The notes below the pieces were generated by a model. That model had not been told where the DNA came from, ran no database searches, and saw only the letters and a list, made by a program, of their open reading frames with translations. This document shows positions 27,687 through 35,900 of a DNA stretch of 64,000 nt, in pieces. Position 1 is the first letter of the stretch; each line of letters starts with the position of its first letter. Location of the stretch: the IMG/VR virus record IMGVR_UViG_3300028591_000162. The stretch is one strand, 5' to 3'. Both the position numbers and the translations under genes were made by a program. The DNA comes from an uncultured virus (IMG/VR IMGVR_UViG_3300028591_000162) (Duplodnaviria > Heunggongvirae > Uroviricota > Caudoviricetes).

Positions 27687-28158
27687 AGGGCTTCATGTCT
27701 AAATTGTCCTTTTCCTGCCAGCCCTCATTGAGACACTGGTTAATGTAGGCGACTGCAGACGTGTAGAAGTCCGTGAAGTCCTCCATGTTTTCAAAGGTAT
27801 GGTACACAGCATTGCCCTCTGCGTCTTCACCAAGTTTGAACTTAATAGGCAACATGGCACCACCCATCTGCATATTGAGGTCGAACGCTGCCTTGAAGTT
27901 GTTTTGGTTCTCGCTGCTCAGATATACATGGATGCCGTTCCAAACAAAGCCGTTCAGTATCTTCTCGTCTGTGTTGGCATTGATGGTGTCTATGATAAGT
28001 TGCTTTACCTCGTTGACGGTGGGCTTATAGTCCAACGTCTGACGATAGTTATATCCTGTGTCTCCGTCCTTGCCGAAGCCATAGAATACCTCCCAGCGTT
28101 TACGGCCTATCTGCTGTATGCCGTCTCTGCGTTCTGTTGCGCCATATATCTTTTCCAT
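27679..28158 (-). CDS. DUF4376-like tail-associated protein
   Basis: INANTDEKILNGFVWNG..VYLSSENQNNF...GWQEKD. Confidence 0.65.
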   Translation of the reverse strand: MEKIYGATERRDGIQQIGRKRWEVFYGFGKDGDTGYNYRQTLDYKPTVNEVKQLIIDTINANTDEKILNGFVWNGIHVYLSSENQNNFKAAFDLNMQMGGAMLPIKFKLGEDAEGNAVYHTFENMEDFTDFYTSAVAYINQCLNEGWQEKDNLDMKPYE

Positions 28159-28162
28159 GCCG

Positions 28163-28204
28163 CAAAGATACGACATAAGACGGCAAATAAGATGTTATCT
28201 TTTG
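28163..28204 (-). promoter_or_regulatory. Putative late promoter CAAAAGATAAC-N23-TATCTTTG
   Basis: Conserved motif and spacing. Confidence 0.7.
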
Positions 28205-28208
28205 TGTA

Positions 28209-29552
28209 TCATGAGAACTTATACTTTACCTTGCCACCGTCAAACACCTCACTGACAATCGTGGTCTCAAATGGGAAACCGTCTTCAATGTCGCTGATTT
28301 GGTCGAGGATATTCTTCATTTCCTCAGATGCTGTAAAGAACTTGCCCCAGTCGCCTGTCTGCTTGTCACGGAAACTTACCACATAGCGGTCTTCACCCTG
28401 CGACGTGTTGATGCCAGTCTCGTAGTCATGCACTTCAATAGTTTTGTTCACGATTGCGCCCAAGCGCATTGTCTTACCGGGAAAGCGTTTCTTTCCGTCG
28501 GCTGGGGTGTAACTAACACCCATTTCGCTAAACTTTTTCATTTTCTGATTTGTCAATTTATAAAACAAGTGTTTACAATCAGCATGGCAAGCCATGCCTT
28601 TGAATGAGCCAATAATCTCTTGCCGACGTTTCCGCGACTTCACCTTTGCCAGTTTCCTTGCTGCTTTCTGCTTGATACGCTTGCGCAATAATGAATGGGT
28701 ACCATAATGCACATAGCCAAGAAAGTCCAGTCCAACGTCCAGCGGTCGCACCGCCTCCGATGGCTTAACCTCCAAACCGAGACGTGCCACTGCTGCCACA
28801 TGAATGTTGCGCAACTCCCACAATTCTTTTTTCGTGCTGGCAAGCATCACGGTATCATCGCAATACCTGTAATACAAATAATGCGTCTCACCGTCCTTTT
28901 CATAGTGCTTAACGTATTTCAGCATTTCGTGGTCAACCTCATTCAGATAGAGGTTGGCGAAACACTGCGAGGAACGAAGACCCTTTGACAAGCCTTGTGG
29001 CATGAGCGTAATGAAGCTGTCAAGGATGGGTAACAGTATCGGGTCTGAAACATACTTCCTTATTATCTGCATCATCCGCACTTGGTCGATGCTGTCATAA
29101 TAATGGTGTATGTCGTTCTGATAGAAGTATTGTGATTGTTCGGGAGCATTGGTAAGGTCTTCCTCTACGACGTGGTGCAGCCAGTGCATACCGCGTCCCT
29201 TGATGCTTGCTGCCGTGTTCTTGATGAGCGTAGGGTATGTGTACTTCTCTATCACTACCATGATGGCATGGATGCCAACACGCTTCACTACCGTTGGGGC
29301 TTGCACATCGCGCTCTTTATAGCCCTCAGTTACATGCAGGTCGCGAACATCGCTACGCACAATACGAAAAGAACCTGCACTGATTTCTCTGCGTAGGCTC
29401 TCTATTATCGTCAGACGTTTAGGTCTGTACATTTCCCGTTGTCTTGGGTGTTCAAGGTGACTGATAACGTAGTCGAAACTTTCACCCATGTTCTCCTCGC
29501 TGACAATTTCGGGAATTAGATTGTCGAGAGGAAATCTAATGTCATAGTCCAT
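28209..29552 (-). CDS. DGR reverse transcriptase with ~110-aa C-terminal extension
   Basis: ASIKGRG, DIHHYYDSID, GLSKGLRSSQCFANLYL, YRYCDD, LDFLGY; adjacent to TR. Confidence 0.93.
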   Translation of the reverse strand: MDYDIRFPLDNLIPEIVSEENMGESFDYVISHLEHPRQREMYRPKRLTIIESLRREISAGSFRIVRSDVRDLHVTEGYKERDVQAPTVVKRVGIHAIMVVIEKYTYPTLIKNTAASIKGRGMHWLHHVVEEDLTNAPEQSQYFYQNDIHHYYDSIDQVRMMQIIRKYVSDPILLPILDSFITLMPQGLSKGLRSSQCFANLYLNEVDHEMLKYVKHYEKDGETHYLYYRYCDDTVMLASTKKELWELRNIHVAAVARLGLEVKPSEAVRPLDVGLDFLGYVHYGTHSLLRKRIKQKAARKLAKVKSRKRRQEIIGSFKGMACHADCKHLFYKLTNQKMKKFSEMGVSYTPADGKKRFPGKTMRLGAIVNKTIEVHDYETGINTSQGEDRYVVSFRDKQTGDWGKFFTASEEMKNILDQISDIEDGFPFETTIVSEVFDGGKVKYKFS

Positions 29553-29702
29553 GCCTTCAGGACACTTAGTTATGTTTCGGCTTTCTACATCATGTAGGGT
29601 TGCCGAGGCTCAAACCCTTCGCCCTTGCGGTCAGTGTACACGACACTGGTGTATAGGAACGATATTAAACAGTCTGCCTCCGAAAGACAGATGTATCTTG
29701 CT

Positions 29703-29818
29703 GGTAAGCCGCGAGCCGTTGTTGGTGTTCGAGTTCGAAGCATCGTTATTCGCGTTGCAGTTCACGAAGCCGTTGTTCGAGTTCGTGTTGTTGCCGGAGC
29801 GAAGAACACAACGCCCAC
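29703..29818 (-). repeat. DGR template repeat (TR), 116 nt
   Basis: AAC-rich; aligns without gaps to 30029-30144. Confidence 0.95.
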
Positions 29819-29849
29819 GAGGGTTATCCACCTGCTTAAAAAGCAAGTG

Positions 29850-29857
29850 CAAAGGTA
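29850..29857 (-). promoter_or_regulatory. Bacteroidota -7 element (TACCTTTG) for the TR-RT transcript
   Basis: About 30 nt upstream of TR. Confidence 0.55.
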
Positions 29858-29919
29858 CGAAATATTTGTCATACTTACGCACTTTGCACCACACTATTAG
29901 CATTTTTTCAAAAAAATCG

Positions 29920-29973
29920 AGCCGCTTACGCGGCTTTAGCGGAGAGTGAGCAGCCTTTACAGGCTCTCACTCT
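29920..29973 (-). promoter_or_regulatory. Two hairpins downstream of VR (candidate DGR homing cruciforms)
   Basis: AGCCGC-TTAC-GCGGCT and AGAGTGAG(C)AGCCT-TTAC-AGGCTCTCACTCT; both loops read GTAA on the coding strand. Confidence 0.7.
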
Positions 29974-29998
29974 GTCGCTTTGCCGCTCTGCGCTATTT

Positions 29999-32900
29999 CT
30001 ACTCAACGAACTCGATTGCGCCTCTGAAGGCAAGCCGCGAGCCGTAGTCGGTGAGCGAGTTCGAAGCATCGTTATTCGCGTTGCAGTACACGAAGCCGTA
30101 GACCGAGTACGTGCCGACGCCGGAGCGAAGAACACAACGCCCACCCGATGCAGTGTACCATTGAGCATCACAATAGTATGTGTTCATGCTGGCATTTGTC
30201 ACGCACTTGCTTGGTATCACGTCACAGAAACGTCCGTGTTTCATTCGGGCAATTTCTTGGTTGTCGCCGCTGTTGGTGATACCCTGCACGGTGCGCTCGC
30301 TGCCGTCGGGCATCTTGATATGCCAAACTGCATCGACAGGACTGCCAGTAGGCGCAACGCTCCTGTTCTTGTAGAAAGCATCGTAACTCGGAATGTTCAG
30401 AGCCACGTTGTCCATCCACTCTGACACATTGCCCCACCAGTCTTCAAGTCCCATCGTGCGAGGTCTGCCGCTCGCGGTCTCTCTGAATGGTGATGGCTCG
30501 CTGGTGCTGTCGGTGCCACCTGTGTTCGTACCTGCGTTTACGCCTGTGCCGTTCACACCCTGCGAGTTTCTGCGTCCGTGGATAGCCATCCATAACTGTG
30601 CCATGTCCTTGTGCATTTCGTAGTCCACAACTTGGTAGCCGGCACCACGACACTTCGCAAGGTTTTGGAAGTCCTTGCAGGTGAAGTTCATGCTCGTTCC
30701 TGCCTGTGGCAGTCCTACCGTCAAGTCGCCGTTGGCATCGTATTTCCAGTAACTGGAGGTGGTCGATGTGCCTGTGCCTCGCTTCGGAGCAGCACCACTG
30801 ATGGAACGAAGACGCATGAGGTTGTCAACACTTGCCTTGTAACAGCCTATCAACGTAAAGTCATGCTCTACCCAGTCGGGTTCAATGGCTTCTATCGCGT
30901 CGCTGTCAACGGCAATACACTCCAAATCGTCGTAGCCGTTAGGGGTCGTGAAGACAAATGTAACTGCATTGGCTGGTACTGAAACAAATACGTACTCACC
31001 CTGCACAAAGTCACTCAGTGAATGTGTGATGTAGGTAATGACTGAACTCAGCACCTTGCCGTCCTTATCAAGGAACAGACCGCCTATCAGATTACTGTTG
31101 ATACCTGGCCAGCGCACCTGCTTCATGTTCTCCACATTCATGCTGTACACATTGTTTGCACTACTGTCCGTCAAATTGTCTGCATTGAACACGTCGCCGA
31201 CGTTGAAACCACTCACATACACACTCGACAAACCTTTCAGAAGCAAGTCGCCAAGTGCATGACGGTTGATGTTGCGAGCCGTTGAACGTGGCTCATTCAC
31301 CTCCGTCGAGAAAGCAGTGTACTTCTTGTTGTTCACATAGTCATTGATACCCTTGTACCAATAATGAGGAACACCCAAGAAAAGGTCGTAACCTGCTCCG
31401 TTCGTGTCGGTGATGTCGCAGTCAAGACCGTTGGCAAGTCTGCGCATGTTGTCATCGCTAACCTGCTCCAACTGCATCTTGCTCGTCCGCTCGTTGTAAG
31501 TACCTTTATAGACGTGCATCTGACTTTGCAACTTGGTAATGTGTCCGCTTGGCTCATAGCCGTCACCCTCACCATCAGTAGTATTGTTGTCGAGGTTTCG
31601 GATATTGCCGTCAAACTCCATTGCATCATCAAACTCTATCAACGTATATTGCGCATTGTATAGCGTGAGGTTCGGGAAGTATGCTACAAGATTGGCAAAG
31701 ATGGCATCCTCAACGAGGTTGCTCATAATCCAACTGCCGTTCATGCCGTCGCAAACATTTGTCTGCTCACTTCCTATTCCGCGAGTGCCAAGGCTCTGCA
31801 TGGCTTCAAGGGTTCTGCTGTTGCCTGTCATATCGTAACTGTCTATCTGCACTTCTGCAAGACGTGCGCCAGCATTGATAACATCGGCAAGCAACTGTTG
31901 CGCGTCTATGCTCGGGCAACCACTTAACTGTATGCGAGTGACGTTCGCCAATCCGTCAAATGATACACCGCCATTGGGATAGCCAAGACTGGGCAGGTTC
32001 ACGAATGACAGTTCCGTCATGCTTGATGGCAAAGTCAGCGTCTGCAAGGGTGACGATTGCGCAGGGCTGAAAGAGCGCAACAGACTACCGTGGGCTTTCA
32101 CTGTCTTCAGACGTGGGCAACCTGTGGCGTTCAATGTCAGTATCTTGGTGTTCCTAATGTCTATCTCCTCCAAGAATGGCATTTGACCAAGGCTCAACGC
32201 TGACAGAATATCGTCTGTGTACGATGGTGTATAACTCTCTCCACCGATGATGAGTTTCCGCAATAGCGTACAGTCGGCTATAACCCAGTTGCTGTTTTTC
32301 GGTGTACAGCCGCTTAAATCAAGTTCGCTCAGTTTATCAGCACCGAAGATATAGATAAGTTTACCACCGACACCTGCAGCAGCCTCAGTAAAGGTGTGGC
32401 TCTCACCTGCGCGCAGATAACATGAGTATTTCGCGCTGCTGGTGCTGTCAACGCCCATGCCAAAGTAGCCGTCCTGTGCTGCGGTAATCTTCACCGTGAT
32501 GGCTCCCATCACACGTGCTTGGAAGAAATGCTTGAACAGGTCGCCTGTCTGATAGTAGCCGTCGCGGTAGGCGAAACGCTTGCGCTGGAATGCTGGCAGA
32601 CTTTCAAGACGCAAACCGTGCAGTGCCGGATAGTGGTTGTCCGCTGCCGTCGCGGTCTCGATATACTTGCGCTGGCCGTCGAAGCTGCTCACTACCTTTG
32701 GCCACTTCAAGATGCGGTTTGTCATCCAGTAACGGTAGCTGCCTGCTGCACTGAATATCTCCAGTCCTGCGCCTGTCTTGGCAGAACGCATGGCGGCGGC
32801 GGTATCATGCAAGGTCAGCTGTGTGCCGTTATCATCAATCCAAACGCCCTCGCCTCTTTCAAACAGGGCAAACGACTGGCGGAACATCACACCGTCCCAA

Positions 32901-35900
32901 CCTTGGTACAGGTGGCTGTTCGCTCCGTCCATATCCCAAGGGATAGTCAGATAACAGTCGTTGTCGGCCTCGTCAACACTATCACCATCATACCAGTGGT
33001 TGAAGTAGTAGCGCATGTTGCCGTCAGTCTCTTTATAGACTGCTATCATCATGTTCTTGGCTCGCTGGTCAACGGTAGCCTTATAATCCGATGCCACAAT
33101 ATAGTGGTTCGTGCTGTAAGGGTTGAAGTAGTGGTGCATCTCATGCTGCCACTTCAACAGACGGTTGGCCTTGGTTCCTGCTACGGTATTGCCGTCAAGG
33201 GTGATGGTGAGCGATGCACCGTCGCCGTTGAAAATCTTTTCGCTGCCGTCGGGGTTCAGTGCGGCGTTCTCTTCGTGGTCGTCCGTGAGGTTCTGATTAC
33301 ACTGCTGACAGAACAACAGTTCACGGAACAACTGATAAGGTACCTTTCTACCCTGTGCGTACAGGTCGTTCAAATCATCATCGTCGGGGTAACGGCTCTC
33401 GTAGTATGTTGACCAGATAGGCACGTCGCCATCATCGGTGTGCAGCGTTTCAAGCATATCATCGACGCTGTTCACACCCTGCTGCCAACAGAACTCTTGA
33501 TACTGGCGATACTCGTAACACTCAACAGGGTTAAGCACTCTGCCTACAATCACCCACTTGCCAGTGCTGCTATCGTAGGTCATGCTGCCTGTGGTGTCGC
33601 GCCATACGCCACCAGTGTACTTGTAGTACTTGCCGTCGGTGCTGCGATAGACAGTTGACCAGTCGTAATCGCTGACATCATCTGCAGCAATCTCTGCGCC
33701 TGTTTTGTCAACATCAACGAACTCGGCTACGGCATCGGTCTCTGTCATGGCTCCTGTGCCGTCGTTCTCGATGAAGCGCGTCTCGGGGCCACAGAACTCA
33801 CTAATCATATAGAGCGTTCCGGGGATAAGCGATGCTGAACCAGCAAGCACCGTTGCCTTGTAAGTGTCAATGTTGGTGCCTCGCGGTGTAACAATCTCCT
33901 TGAAATCGCCATAGTTCACACAGCCCTTGTTGTAGCCAGGCACATCTTCGAAGCCGAAGAAATGGGGGTTGCCCTTGTCGGCATTGAAGTTAGCCTTGCT
34001 GTGGAAGTAGGCGTTTTCGGGAAGCGTAGCGGCCTCGGAACCTTTCTCCTGTCCGATGCGGTAGTCCGTGCGGAACAATGCACAGGTAACACCATCAATG
34101 GAGGTGTGCAGCTCCTCGCTGCTGTCAGTGTTGAATATCTGTGCAGGGGTCATGTAGTTTCTTCCCAAAGCCAACTGCACGTCGTTCATCTGCTCCATCA
34201 GTGCACAGTTATTCGCACCGGCACTGTCCGAATAGTCCACCTTGATAGTGATGGTGCTGATAGGGGTGCTGCCGTCCTTGATGCGTATCTTCTTCTTTGC
34301 AGCGAGTTTCACTGCCTCGTCGTACTTGGCAAGAATGGTTTCGTCGCCGTTATACATCTTGCTGACCTCTTCGCGCGTATGCAGCATGACAATGCGCTTG
34401 GCTTTCTTTGCCTTGCCTTTCTTGTTCTTGATTGCGTAGGCAAGTGTAGATGTACCTTGGTTCGTGACGGGGATAGCCTCAATCATACAGTCTGCCCAAG
34501 GACGGTCGGGGAAGTACAGATACCAGTCCATAAGCACCTGTGTCTTCTTGTCCTTGATATTCTCGATATAGTCGGGATAGTATATCTCGCTATCCGTCAC
34601 GGCTGCACCGTCCTTGCTCAGATTGGCATCAGAAGTGCGGGTCTCAACGCATACCATCACACCACGGTCAATCAACTTCTGCATATCGGGGCGAGGTTTC
34701 GTCACACCCTCTGCCGTAACGTCTGCCATCACTTGGTTCTGCTCATACTCGGTAAGCATAGCCTGCGTGTCGGTAAGGTTCACAATGTAGTTGTTGAATG
34801 CCTGTATGAAATCGTAGTAGGTATTCCACCTTACAATCTCATACAGATACAGGTCTGCATCCGTACCGTCGAAGTGGATGGTGTCGTTGAAAATCGGGAA
34901 TGCGCTGCTGGTGTCGATAGGCACACACGCTGCCATGTCACCGTTTTGGAACACTTTACACAACATCACACCACTGTAAGGAGCGCGTGCTTGCGGCTCT
35001 ATCACGATGTCAAATCGGTACACCACATCGTCAAGATATGAGGTCGCGGCTGTTGTATGTACGTTGGCGAGTGCCTCATCGCTATCACCGTTTGTAGTGA
35101 CGATGAACTTCTCACCAGTAAGCACGAAGCCGAGACGCTCACCAAGACACTTGATGATATGAGCGTTTCGCTTAGCGATGTTCTTCACCTTGAACGTCAT
35201 TGAAAGAGCAAGTCCATTGGTAGGGATAGAGGTGCTGGCAAAAGGCTGGTCGGTACACTCAGCCTTGACGTTCTCTGCAATACGAAGCGACATGCGACCA
35301 CCGCTCTGCTCTGTCCCGAATGTGTCAAGCACAAAGCCGTTTGTGGAATAGTTAGAGCCTGTAACGACAATCTCTTTCTCCGTTCCATCAGTGGCTTGTG
35401 TCTTAATAGTCTTGTCGGTGTCGGTATTGCTCCTGCCAGCAAGACTAATCTTGTACAGTGCGCCCTCTGTCTCTGCGATGTCTAGCAGTGAACCGTCAAT
35501 AAGCACCTCGCGCTTCTCTGACAAGGACACATTGCCACATGTTGCATCAAACACAAGGGTGTCGCCTTGTGAGTAGCCAACAATACGTTTCTCTATTGTG
35601 TAGTATCTGTTACGATACATCGAACTTTCGGAAAGGGTCTCAATCGCTCCTGTGGACTGATTGGCGACTGTAACCTCGACAACGGCAGGGTTTTTACTGC
35701 GCTGGTAACAGGCAAGGTCAATCTTCAGCGTCTCAAAGAGTTTCACTTCGCCGTCGCTATCGTCACTCCATCGTGCCACAACAATAGGCTTGTCGTAGTC
35801 GGCAACTTCCTCACGCTGCTCTATCACCATCACTGCTGTATGCAGCACGTTACCTCGCGTGCCGCTGGCTACGTCGGTACCCTGTATGCGGATGGGGTAT

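Larger units (their letters stand above)
28209..30144 (-). mobile_element. Diversity-generating retroelement (VR-hairpins-TR-RT)
   Basis: RT plus TR/VR pair with adenine-only mismatches. Confidence 0.95.

Noticed and set aside
29551..30171. ORFs over the TR region (29631-29903, 29551-29949, 29926-30171) as avd or a second target
   Set aside because: They are translations of TR/VR and hairpin sequence with no Avd-like features
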